A DNA stretch of 32,000 nt. It comes from Nitrospira sp. Its GTDB lineage: Bacteria > Nitrospirota > Nitrospiria > Nitrospirales > Nitrospiraceae. The notes beneath the pieces are model-generated. The model saw nothing but the letters and a program-made list of their open reading frames with translations. It was not told where the DNA came from and searched no databases. Positions within the stretch are counted from its first letter, which is position 1. Each line of letters begins with the position of its first letter. Both the position numbers and the translations under genes were made by a program. The stretch spans positions 281,938 through 313,937 of the forward strand of contig JARFXP010000004.1 in assembly GCA_029194675.1 (NCBI GenBank). The letters are read 5' to 3'. Shown piece after piece: positions 10,188 to 19,514 of the stretch.

Positions 10188-10814
10188 ATGGTTGACGTGA
10201 ATGCGCTTCACGGGGAGCTGACGAGGTATGTTGGTGAATTAGCTGCAAAGTTTGTCAATCAGTACATACCTGCCAATCCAGAGACTTCTCCTGACACCTA
10301 TGCCCATGATGTCAAGGCGTACTGCATACTCGCGCATGCGGCGTTTGAAGACTTTATTGAAGAAGTTGCTCTGAGTCTGACAGATTACGCCGCAGAACAG
10401 TATCGTTCCCAGCGAAAAATAAGTGATGTAACCCTCGCTCTCCTTTGTCGGTATGGCGCTAAGCTGAAAATCGACGATGATGAGACTTCTATTGAGATAA
10501 AACCTTTCGATTATTTAAGGAACCTTGTCGAAGAAGCAAAGACATCCTTTTCTAAGGAAATACATAAGAATCATGGCGTATCTATCCTCTATCTTAGGAG
10601 TCTGTTAATACCGGTTGCTATTGAAATTACGCAGGACGCGAATCAACTGAACTCTCTAAGGAAGCTCTCAGAAGGACGAGGCGCGTACGCTCACAAAGCC
10701 CGAGTGAGGAGTGTCCTAGCTCCCGAAGATGCAAAGCGATATGTTGAGGATGTTCTGGCTCTTTGCGATGATGTGCGGGCAAAGGCTGTGTCAGAAATCG
10801 CACGACTTCAATAA
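10188..10814 (+). CDS. HEPN-domain protein (MAE_28990/MAE_18760-like), putative RNase partner of DUF262
   Basis: 208 aa, with GGAG upstream and 23 nt after the DUF262 stop. Near the C-terminus R164-GAYA-H169 gives an Rx4H HEPN motif. The family name is recalled, not tested. Confidence 0.6.
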   Translation: MVDVNALHGELTRYVGELAAKFVNQYIPANPETSPDTYAHDVKAYCILAHAAFEDFIEEVALSLTDYAAEQYRSQRKISDVTLALLCRYGAKLKIDDDETSIEIKPFDYLRNLVEEAKTSFSKEIHKNHGVSILYLRSLLIPVAIEITQDANQLNSLRKLSEGRGAYAHKARVRSVLAPEDAKRYVEDVLALCDDVRAKAVSEIARLQ

Positions 10815-10859
10815 ACGCTTGAGATGGGTTTACATCCATCCCGCACATCCCCGATCTAG

Positions 10860-10932
10860 CGCGGAGATTTACGCAGTCAACGCGATGGTCACCGAGGGGT
10901 TAAATCGTGACCGAATTGACCCCCAGCAACAA
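10860..10932 (+). repeat. tRNA-fMet-like degenerate repeat, copy 1
   Basis: cgcggagatttacgcagtcaacgcgatggtcaccgaggggttaaatcgtgaccgaattgacccccagcaacaa aligns by eye along its whole length with 11519-11591. Its 3' part resembles the T-arm/acceptor end of the tRNA at 7330-7406. Confidence 0.5.
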
Positions 10933-10989
10933 GGGGGATGAAGGAGGTTTCCGTACTACGAGATGCTTGATAATCTTCAGACAGTAAAT

Positions 10990-11145
10990 CTATTCGCATC
11001 GCGGGATACTGCGATCGCATTCGGGATGGCCGAAGCCGAAGGTCAGAATGTGCGTATCCACCTGGACAGTGCGACCCAACAGTGTTAGACAAAGCACCCC
11101 GATAGCCAGAGAAGACCATCCCACCATAGACCAGAAGCGTCTCAT
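10990..11145 (-). CDS. speculative small secreted peptide (51 aa)
   Basis: Below the ORF-track size cutoff. My translation is MRRFWSMVGWSSLAIGVLCLTLLGRTVQVDTHILTFGFGHPECDRSIPRCE. GGGAG lies 5 nt upstream and the N-terminus looks like a signal peptide. No homology is recognised. Confidence 0.2.
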   Translation of the reverse strand: MRRFWSMVGWSSLAIGVLCLTLLGRTVQVDTHILTFGFGHPECDRSIPRCE

Positions 11146-11518
11146 GTGTCTCCCTAAATTGTCGTGAATTAACCAGTCCTCACCATCAGTTTAGGAATTT
11201 GAATGAAGTTGTCAAGAATTCCATGGAAATGCTTCGATCTACTCTATTGCGGTGTGCGCCTCGATTGCTCTCTGCAACTCAGATATGGGTTCGTCATATT
11301 CGTGTCCCAATCGTGCGTTGAGTGGAAGAAATCTGTATGCACGGGGGCGGTCCCATGGGAAGCGAGTGGACTCCAGTGCAGAGGGAAACCGTTCGGGAAG
11401 GAAGGCCGTGGGGGGATCTCCGGGGCGGCGGATATGTTCCTGACTTAAAACGAGAGGACAATCGGTCGATCAAGAGCTTGTCTCATATCGCAAATCAAGC
11501 TACCTTCGCCACTCCTCG

Positions 11519-11591
11519 CGCGGGAATTCATGCCGTCAATGGGATCGTCAGCGAGGGGTAAAATCGTGACCGAATCGCCTCCCCGCAACCA
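11519..11591 (+). repeat. tRNA-fMet-like degenerate repeat, copy 2 (pseudo-tRNA / old att remnant)
   Basis: 73 nt: CGCGGGA...GTCAGCGAGGGGTAAAATC[gtgaccgaatcg]CCTCCCCGCAACCA. The 5' 7 nt and the 3' ~40 nt match the tRNA-fMet acceptor/T-arm, with a ~12-nt insertion. The middle is not foldable as a canonical cloverleaf. Confidence 0.5.
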
Positions 11592-11674
11592 ACTCTTTCC
11601 ACGGATTTTCCCAATCCCCCGACGCAATTGGGTTACGGCGCAGGCGCTTCAGTTCACACCAATGAGGTGTGCGC

Positions 11675-11716
11675 ACAAAAAACGGCCCGGAACCCCTTGA
11701 TTGGAGTTCCGGGCCG
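11675..11716 (-). terminator. rho-independent terminator belonging to the amoC 3' fragment
   Basis: 11-bp perfect stem CGGCCCGGAAC / GTTCCGGGCCG (11683-11693 and 11706-11716). On the minus strand it is followed by a TTTTTT run (A-run 11677-11682). Confidence 0.6.
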
Positions 11717-11750
11717 AATGCTCACCCCTCTAACAGGACCGTTTAGTACC

Positions 11751-11903
11751 TTAGTACCCGGTCTTGGCTCCCGTGCCCACCTGGCTGGGGAACGGATCCA
11801 GGATGCTCTTTGGCGCGTTGTTCCAGATCACGTCCGCCAGATTCGACATCCGGCTCACGATCTGCGCCGCCATGCCCCAGCGGCCCCGAACAACCCGCAC
11901 TAA
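11751..11903 (-). pseudogene. amoC: truncated amoC 3' end (last ~40 codons plus stop)
   Basis: The minus-strand translation ...[39 protein letters not shown] matches the C-terminus of the intact AmoC at 13292-14101 (...[39 protein letters not shown]). Nucleotide homology stops near 11903, and an indel breaks the frame at its 5' edge. Confidence 0.8.
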
Positions 11904-12088
11904 GAGACGTCGGTGCCGACACAATGCCAACAGGCTATGACACGAATGAGGATAGGTCAGGTAAGTTGCCGACGGAATTCCTAATCAGGGGGACACTGTA
12001 TTCGAAGGTATCACCCACTCACACAGGAGCTTAGAGCGAAGAGAGCAGTTGAGACGGTGATCATTGCAGCAACTCTCTGGGAGCGTTA

Positions 12089-12409
12089 TCAAGCAGTCAC
12101 GAGTGCTTCTCTCCGTTGCTCGATATGCTTCCTGACTTTCACCGACAAAGCTTGTTCGGCAAGCTGCAGCTCATAGGTCTTCTGCAGATTCATCCAGAAT
12201 TCCGCCGTGGTGTTGAAGAACGTGGCCAGACGCACTGCGGTATCTCCGGTGATGCCACGCTGCCCTTTAATAATTGCCGTAATTCGATTCGCCGGCACGT
12301 CGAGGGCCTTGGCTAGTGTGTTGGCATTAATCGGCGGATCTGATGGCTTCATGAACTCTTCCAGCAACATTTCACCTGGATGAATTGGTCGCATGCCGTT
12401 TTTTGTCAT
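12089..12409 (-). CDS. higA: HigA-family antitoxin (XRE HTH)
   Basis: The ORF track starts at 12493. The in-frame ATG at 12409 gives MTKNGMRPIHPGEMLLEEFMKP...LAKALDVPANRITAIIKGQRGITGDTAVRLATFF, a typical HigA. It begins 13 nt after the higB stop. Confidence 0.85.
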   Translation of the reverse strand: MTKNGMRPIHPGEMLLEEFMKPSDPPINANTLAKALDVPANRITAIIKGQRGITGDTAVRLATFFNTTAEFWMNLQKTYELQLAEQALSVKVRKHIEQRREALVTA

Positions 12410-12422
12410 GATGTGCTCTCCC

Positions 12423-12701
12423 TCAGTGGTAGTCGGTGATCTCCACGTCGTGGGGACCATCAGCCATCCACACAAAACAAATCCTCCACTCATCGTTAAT
12501 TCGAATACTGTGTTGTCCGATCCGATCCCCTTTTAATTTTTCAAGTCGATTTCCTGCCGGTGAGAGGAGATCTTTCAGATCAGCCGCGTTGTCGAGCATC
12601 GTGAGTTTCCTCTCGGCCACCTTTCTAAAACTGGAAAACTCCTTCACAGTCTTTCCGGCGAAGAACTGTTCCGTCGTCTTGTCGCGAAAACCACGAATCA
12701 C
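12423..12701 (-). CDS. higB: HigB-like toxin (RelE/ParE superfamily, plasmid maintenance system killer)
   Basis: 92 aa: MIRGFRDKTTEQFFAGK...LKGDRIGQHSIRINDEWRICFVW. The toxin-first order is typical of higBA. Confidence 0.85.
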   Translation of the reverse strand: MIRGFRDKTTEQFFAGKTVKEFSSFRKVAERKLTMLDNAADLKDLLSPAGNRLEKLKGDRIGQHSIRINDEWRICFVWMADGPHDVEITDYH

Positions 12702-12890
12702 CAGACCCAGCCTATCATACTTTTATGCTTTACGTACAGCGTATGCGCTCAAATCGCGCCAAAGAGCGTCGCAAAGGATAGAATTCATAGAAGTCATTGC
12801 ACCAGATAGAAAGCTGCACGGTCATCGATTAACTTGTAAAAACGAACACCCGGACGAAAGATCAGGTATTCAGAAACTTTTTCTGACAGT

Positions 12891-12940
12891 CTCATAACCC
12901 AACGGTCAGAGGTCCAAATCCTCTCCCCGCGACCAAATCT
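12891..12940 (+). repeat. direct repeat of the 3' 50 nt of tRNA-fMet (att-type remnant)
   Basis: ctcataacccaaCggtcagaggtCcaaatcctctccccgcGaccaaatct compared with tRNA positions 7362-7411 shows three mismatches by eye. Confidence 0.85.
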
Positions 12941-12965
12941 CATCTTCTTACCTCTTCTCGACCAC

Positions 12966-13136
12966 CAGTAGTGTCCCAACGTTTGTATCATCAATGGACG
13001 AAACATGTTAATTGGCTTGATGTTCACAGATTCACAACCTGTTGCCGACTTCAATCGAGCGCCGAAATGCGTACCTAGCCGAATCAATCACTTGCGATAT
13101 GCAAATTGGCATTTTTTTAACATTGGGACACTACTG
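12966..13136. mobile_element. 171-bp MITE-like element with 18-bp terminal inverted repeats and 9-bp target site duplication
   Basis: The left TIR is CAGTAGTGTCCCAACGTT (12966-12983). The right TIR (13119-13136), reverse-complemented, is CAGTAGTGTCCCAATGTT, a 17/18 match. Identical CTCGACCAC flanks it at 12957-12965 and 13137-13145. The element is absent from the paralogous flank at 7431-7450. Confidence 0.75.
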
Positions 13137-13206
13137 CTCGACCACTTCAATTAAACATCAACCCCTGCAAGTGAACCAACGGACTCGTCCATTCGAAACC
13201 CATTAC

Positions 13207-13252
13207 ATCAAAAAAGTAGAGGGCTGGCTCGGATATCCGAACCAGCCCTCTA
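13207..13252 (-). terminator. rho-independent terminator of intact amoC
   Basis: Long hairpin TAGAGGGCTGG-c-TCGGA-ta-TCCGA-a-CCAGCCCTCTA (13217-13252). On the minus strand it is followed by CTTTTTTGA. Confidence 0.8.
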
Positions 13253-13291
13253 ACTGCGTCCCCTGGGAGAGGGCTACAGATTTATGGTCTT

Positions 13292-14101
13292 TTAGTACCC
13301 TGCCTTGGCGTTGGGGTTCACCTGGCTGGGGAACGGATCCAGGATGCTCTTCGGCGCGTTGTTCCAGATCACGTCCGCCAGATTCGACATCCGGCTCACG
13401 ATCTGCGCCGCCACGCCCCCGGCCGCCCCGAACAAGCCGCACCAGCCCAACGTCACGAAGCCCCAGTGTAACGGCGCCGAGAACAGCTCATCCACGAACC
13501 AGAACGCATGGCCCCACTCATTGAGTCCCACGTTCGGCAGAATGAACATCGGCCCCACCACCGCCGCCACCAGCGCAAAGGAGGTCGCCTGGTTATAGAG
13601 CGGCAGCCGCGTCTGCGCATACAGATAACTGGATACGCCGCACGTGATGTACAACGGGAACGTCCCGTAGAACGCCACAATGTGGCTCGCCGTGAAGCTC
13701 GTGTCCCGGATGATCACTTGGTGCCACGCCGCATCCTGCTCCAACGTGTAGCTGCCTGCGTAGTACACGCCCCAGATGTAACAGGCCAGCCAGCCCATCC
13801 AATAGAAATACCGCTTCAACTCCAGTTTGGGGTCGAGATTGGCCAGGTTGCGGTCTCGGGTGGTCCAGATCCACCCCACCGACACCGCAAAGAACAGGGC
13901 GTTCGCCACAATGTTAAATCGCCACAGCCCCATCCACACGGAATCGAATTCCGGCGTCATCGAATCCAACCCGTGCGAGTACCCAAACGCCCGTTGATAC
14001 AGAACCCAAAAGATGCCCATCATCAACATCGCCGCCCACCCGATCTTCCACGGCTTCGAATCGTACCACTGCGAAATGTCATACCCTTTATCGCTTGCCA
14101 T
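13292..14101 (-). CDS. amoC: ammonia monooxygenase subunit C (intact copy)
   Basis: 269 aa and polytopic. Strong resemblance to AmoC/PmoC as I remember them ([54 protein letters not shown]). AAGGGAGG lies 7 nt upstream. Confidence 0.92.
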   Translation of the reverse strand: MASDKGYDISQWYDSKPWKIGWAAMLMMGIFWVLYQRAFGYSHGLDSMTPEFDSVWMGLWRFNIVANALFFAVSVGWIWTTRDRNLANLDPKLELKRYFYWMGWLACYIWGVYYAGSYTLEQDAAWHQVIIRDTSFTASHIVAFYGTFPLYITCGVSSYLYAQTRLPLYNQATSFALVAAVVGPMFILPNVGLNEWGHAFWFVDELFSAPLHWGFVTLGWCGLFGAAGGVAAQIVSRMSNLADVIWNNAPKSILDPFPSQVNPNAKAGY

Positions 14102-14148
14102 AGTGTGACCTCCCTTGTGTTATATGAACCTCCGTATCGACTGGATCT

Positions 14149-14778
14149 TCACGAATGGCTGGAGATCCGCCAGTTCCTCCATCGCTTTGATTTCGACAGC
14201 TCATAGCCAATCAATGCGAGGAGAAGGATGACGGTCAGCGGCCCGATCGCTTTTCGGGCGATCATCGCGTAGTCGATCTGCTGTACCCGCAACAGATAGG
14301 ACGAAGGGCTGAATCCTTCCGGCGTGATAATGACCTTATAGATACCCTTGGCCAGCTGAGCTTCGCCTCTCACCACTCCATCCGGATGGGTCGCCGGAGG
14401 CCAGTAGGCCACCGTCTCATCTTCTGCGGTCTCGCTTAGGCCTCTCACGACCCGTACTCCCACGGGCATGTTGCGCAGACCAAAATCGACGAGATCAACC
14501 ACAAGGAAGGTGTCTCCCTCACCAGGAATGTCTGTGCAGTACTGGGCTCTCGCCTCATGTTGCGGCTGATAAGCGTTGAAATGGACGAGGTTTCCTCCGA
14601 CCCGTCGGACACAGCTATCCTCCTCAATCGTCACATTGCCATGAGCGCCTGCTAAGCTCGGTAGGAGGATGGTAAGAAACAGGACGAGAACACCGATGAC
14701 TGGATGGGAAAGAGCCTTTCGTTTGGCTCTCAGCGTACTGAAACTCAATACGATCACTGCAACAAACAACGTCGTCAT
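14149..14778 (-). CDS. unknown periplasmic protein with cleavable signal peptide, mature N-terminal His and C-terminal TM anchor
   Basis: The ORF track starts at 14826. ATG 14778 has GGTGAGGG upstream. The signal peptide reads ...VLVLFLTILLPSLAGA|HGNVTIEEDSC. A ~150-aa domain follows, which I guess is beta-rich from sequence. The C-terminal helix is GPLTVILLLALIGYEL followed by a KSKRWR tail. The stop is 47 nt upstream of the amoC start. Confidence 0.65.
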   Translation of the reverse strand: MTTLFVAVIVLSFSTLRAKRKALSHPVIGVLVLFLTILLPSLAGAHGNVTIEEDSCVRRVGGNLVHFNAYQPQHEARAQYCTDIPGEGDTFLVVDLVDFGLRNMPVGVRVVRGLSETAEDETVAYWPPATHPDGVVRGEAQLAKGIYKVIITPEGFSPSSYLLRVQQIDYAMIARKAIGPLTVILLLALIGYELSKSKRWRNWRISSHS

Positions 14779-14835
14779 AACCCTCACCTTCCACGAAGAG
14801 CATACTCCTCGATATATGAAGGGCACATTAGAAAT

Positions 14836-14855
14836 TCATGAAGAATTCTTCATGA
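14836..14855. promoter_or_regulatory. 20-bp perfect palindrome between ftsH and the unknown gene
   Basis: TCATGAAGAATTCTTCATGA is its own reverse complement. It lies 98 nt after the ftsH stop and 57 nt before the 14778 start. It could be an operator or a weak AT-rich terminator hairpin. Confidence 0.4.
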
Positions 14856-14953
14856 TCCCGCATATCTGAGCGTGTATCTAATTTAACTCATTCACTGTCA
14901 GGCATTCCCATGACACCGGCTCACATTGCAAGAGTCGGCATGTCCCTCACCTG

Positions 14954-16759
<1,806 letters not shown>

Positions 16760-16843
16760 TGGCAGCCTCTCGCGATGATCCGTCGCATCAGATAACTTAT
16801 CTATGGGAAGCTCTTTCCCGGAGTTTGAAGATCTGTGTGACGT

Positions 16844-17695
16844 TCATGCTTTCCCCCCGATTTTTGCCTTATCGCCGTGAGCCAACGTGGTGTATGCAAA
16901 TACGTCGTACACCTTCGTGGTCCGCTGTCTGTCATCCGTGAGGTAGAAGTACGAGGTACAGAAGAACTTCCCGAACTGCCACCAGAGAATGTACATCAAC
17001 GACGAGGCGAACGCGGCGAAGAAGGAGGAGATCATCGTGCTGTGCCCGCCGAAGGTCCGCAGCGAGCCCACCTCGATCATCCGAATATACTCCGGCGTCC
17101 CGGTCCGGACATACGCGAAGCCCATGTAGTCCGCCCAGGAGAGCAAGGTGCCATCGACGACGAGCGGCGTATGGCTATAGGCAAAGATGGCCCAGTTGGT
17201 CGGATAGAACAATGCCGCAAACATCCAGGCCCCGATCACCGCCGTCAATGTCCAGTTTCTGGTCAACAACAGCACGATGTCCAGGACGATGGCACTCGGC
17301 AGCAGCGTGGACGGCATGACGAAGTTGTAGGGGTAGTTCGACCACCACCACCAGGCAGCCACGATGGTGACCCACTTCCCCGCGAGCAACGCCAGGATGG
17401 TGATCGTGGCCCCAAACGGCTGGCGGTAGTTCACCCAATTGTAGTACTGCAGGGCGGCGCAAAAGGTAATGGCCGTGATCGGCGTCACGATCGGCCACCA
17501 CTGCCGATCCTTCCAGTCCAACCAGAAGTCCCAGTCGCCCGCCAGCAGGTCGAAGTGCATGTGGAACGTGCCCACGATGGTGACGAACAAGATCGGAATG
17601 AAATAAATGTAGTCGATGTGCCGGGACATCGCGACGCCTTCCGGCGGCAACTTCGAGGCCTTAATAATCTCGTCGGTTCTAAACATAAGTGACAT
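16844..17695 (-). CDS. amoA: ammonia monooxygenase subunit A
   Basis: 283 aa, collinear with Nitrosomonas AmoA as I recall it. Matching stretches include [53 protein letters not shown] and [29 protein letters not shown] lies upstream, so the start may be ATG 17695 or 17686. Confidence 0.93.
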   Translation of the reverse strand: MSLMFRTDEIIKASKLPPEGVAMSRHIDYIYFIPILFVTIVGTFHMHFDLLAGDWDFWLDWKDRQWWPIVTPITAITFCAALQYYNWVNYRQPFGATITILALLAGKWVTIVAAWWWWSNYPYNFVMPSTLLPSAIVLDIVLLLTRNWTLTAVIGAWMFAALFYPTNWAIFAYSHTPLVVDGTLLSWADYMGFAYVRTGTPEYIRMIEVGSLRTFGGHSTMISSFFAAFASSLMYILWWQFGKFFCTSYFYLTDDRQRTTKVYDVFAYTTLAHGDKAKIGGKA

Positions 17696-17804
17696 CCTCC
17701 GTCAGTTCAGCCGGCTGAGGCCAGGCCGGCGCTCCGTGCCTCGGAGCACCGGACCCCTCCCTCAACGCCGACTGCTCGTTATGTGGACTGCTCGCGATTC
17801 CTGC

Positions 17805-18620
17805 TTAGTACCCTGCCTTGGCGTTGGGGTTCACCTGGCTGGGGAACGGATCCAGGATGCTCTTCGGCGCGTTGTTCCAGATCACGTCCGCCAGATTCGA
17901 CATCCGGCTCACGATCTGCGCCGCCACGCCCCGGCCGCCCCGAACAAGCCGCACCAGCCCAACGTCACGAAGCCCCAGTGTAAGGGTGCTGAGAACAGCT
18001 CATCCACGAACCAGAACGCATGGCCCCACTCATTGAGTCCCACGTTCGGCAGAATGAACATCGGCCCCACCACCGCCGCCACCAGCGCAAAGGAGGTCGC
18101 CTGGTTATAGAGCGGCAGCCGCGTCTGCGCATACAGATAACTGGATACGCCGCACGTGATGTACAACGGGAACGTCCCGTAGAACGCCACAATGTGGCTC
18201 GCCGTGAAGCTCGTGTCCCGGATGATCACTTGGTGCCACGCCGCATCCTGCTCCAACGTGTAGCTGCCCGCGTAGTACACGCCCCAGATGTAGCAGGCCA
18301 GCCAGCCCATCCAATAGAAGTACCGCTTCAACTCCAGTTTGGGGTCGAGATTGGCCAGATTCCGGTCCCGGGTGGTCCAGATCCACCCCACCGACACCGC
18401 AAAGAACAGGGCGTTGGCCACGATGTTAAATCGCCACAGCCCCATCCACACGGAGTCGAATCTCCGGCGTCATCGAATCCAACCCGTGCGAGTACCCAAA
18501 CGCCCGTTGATACAGGACCCAAAAGATGCCCATCATCAGCATCGCCGCCCACCCGATCTTCCACGGCTTCGAATCGTACCACTGCGAAATGTCATACCCT
18601 TTCTCGCTTGATGCCGCCAT
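17805..18620 (-). pseudogene. amoC: second amoC copy interrupted by two frameshifts (+1 near 18462, -1 in a C-run near 17929-17932)
   Basis: The ORF track splits it into 18426-18620 ([24 protein letters not shown]...) and 17909-18451. Nucleotide alignment to 13292-14101 shows aatCtccgg versus aattccgg, and CCCC versus CCCCC. The stop TAA at 17805-17807 is in the original frame. Confidence 0.8.
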
Positions 18621-18786
18621 TGTGAAACCTCCTTGTTGTTAAGACGAATGTGCGAGCCCGCGCCTTAAGAGGCGCATACCGATCACTGTCCCAGGTCTTC
18701 TCCATAAGCCGACATAAACTTAAACTATGCCTCTTTCATTAAAAGCGCGGCTGATTCGCCTACTACTTAACAAAAGTCGATTTCGT

Positions 18787-18813
18787 GTGCCATAAGGCAC
18801 TTTCCTAAAGTGC
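18787..18813. promoter_or_regulatory. overlapping inverted repeats upstream of amoC(psi)-amoA (candidate operator)
   Basis: GTGCC-ataa-GGCAC (18787-18800) overlaps GCACTTT-cct-AAAGTGC (18797-18813, a 7-3-7 perfect repeat). It lies in the 243-nt gap between the response-regulator stop and the amoC start. Confidence 0.35.
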
Positions 18814-18863
18814 AAAAGGAAATTCCATAGGAGGGATCCGAAGAGAATGAAAAGGCTTCGAAG

Positions 18864-19514
18864 CTATTCAGATGATGAGGGGGTGAGGCCGTGGGCCAGC
18901 GCGTACTTTGTGAGTTCAGCCGTCGTATGGAGGCCCAGCTGCTCCATCAGCTTCGACTTATGATACTCGACCGTCTTCGGAGAGAGCCCCAGCGTTGACG
19001 CGATTTCTTTGAGAGTCAGCCCTTCGGCCACCAATTGGAGGATCTCTCGCTGGCGCACCGGCAAGTGATTCTGGCGACCGATGTTCGGCTCTGTTTCAGA
19101 GATCGCGGATTGAACAAGATCCTTTGCAATCAAAGAAGTGACGTAATAATTGCCGTTCTTCACCGCCTCGATGGCCAATGACAGTTCGGATCCGGCCGAC
19201 CGTTTCAGCAGGTAGGCCGATGCGCCGGCCTTGAAGGCCTGATTGACATAGTCCGGATCGGCATGCACTGTTACAAAAATCAATCGAGCCTGCGGGACGA
19301 TCTTTCGCAAACGGCGCGCCGCATCAAGGCCGTTCAGTTGGGGCATTGAAATATCCAGGACCACGATGTCCGGACGTAATCGTTTCGCCACATCCAGCAA
19401 AGACCGACCGTCCTCCACGCACCCCACCACCTGACAATGCTCTTCCAGCAACTTTTTGAAACCTTCCAGCACCAGTGCATGGTCATCCGCCAAGAGCACG
19501 CGAGGCTTGCTCAT
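18864..19514 (-). CDS. NarL/FixJ-family response regulator (REC + LuxR-type HTH)
   Basis: 216 aa. The receiver domain shows LLADDH and VVLDISMPQLNG. The C-terminal HTH reads REILQLVAEGLTLKEIASTLGLSPKTVEYHKSKLMEQLG. Its start overlaps the kinase stop (ATGA). Confidence 0.9.
   Translation of the reverse strand: MSKPRVLLADDHALVLEGFKKLLEEHCQVVGCVEDGRSLLDVAKRLRPDIVVLDISMPQLNGLDAARRLRKIVPQARLIFVTVHADPDYVNQAFKAGASAYLLKRSAGSELSLAIEAVKNGNYYVTSLIAKDLVQSAISETEPNIGRQNHLPVRQREILQLVAEGLTLKEIASTLGLSPKTVEYHKSKLMEQLGLHTTAELTKYALAHGLTPSSSE

Noticed and set aside
11203-11627. ORFs 11203-11448(+), 11322-11561(+), 11445-11627(-), and a start-less minus-strand frame ending ...RFLPLNARLGHEYDEPISELQRAIEAHTAIE* near 11250
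   Set aside because: The minus-strand frame looks protein-like but has no start codon and stops upstream, so it is probably a gene remnant. The listed ORFs overlap the tRNA-like repeat and have no support. None is reported as a gene.
7407-12890. Search for a tyrosine or serine recombinase in the tRNA-linked island
   Set aside because: I scanned the ORF track and translated 10.9-11.5 kb on the minus strand. No R..HxxR..Y-type integrase motif set was found, so no integrase is called.
12794-13524. ORFs 12794-13087(-) and 13042-13524(+)
   Set aside because: They run through the tRNA remnant, the MITE, the amoC terminator and antisense amoC. They are not credible coding regions.
13508-14206. Long plus-strand ORFs antisense to amoC (13508-14206, 18020-18625) and to amoA (16877-17692)
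   Set aside because: They are Arg/His/Pro-rich mirror frames of highly conserved amo genes. The amo reading frames explain the sequence.
14149-14826. Possibility that the 225-aa ORF is a truncated amoB
   Set aside because: It is far shorter than AmoB/PmoB. Apart from the HG at the mature N-terminus, I see none of the AmoB sequence I remember (HGE(K/R)SQ..F.RMRT). It is treated as an unknown protein instead.
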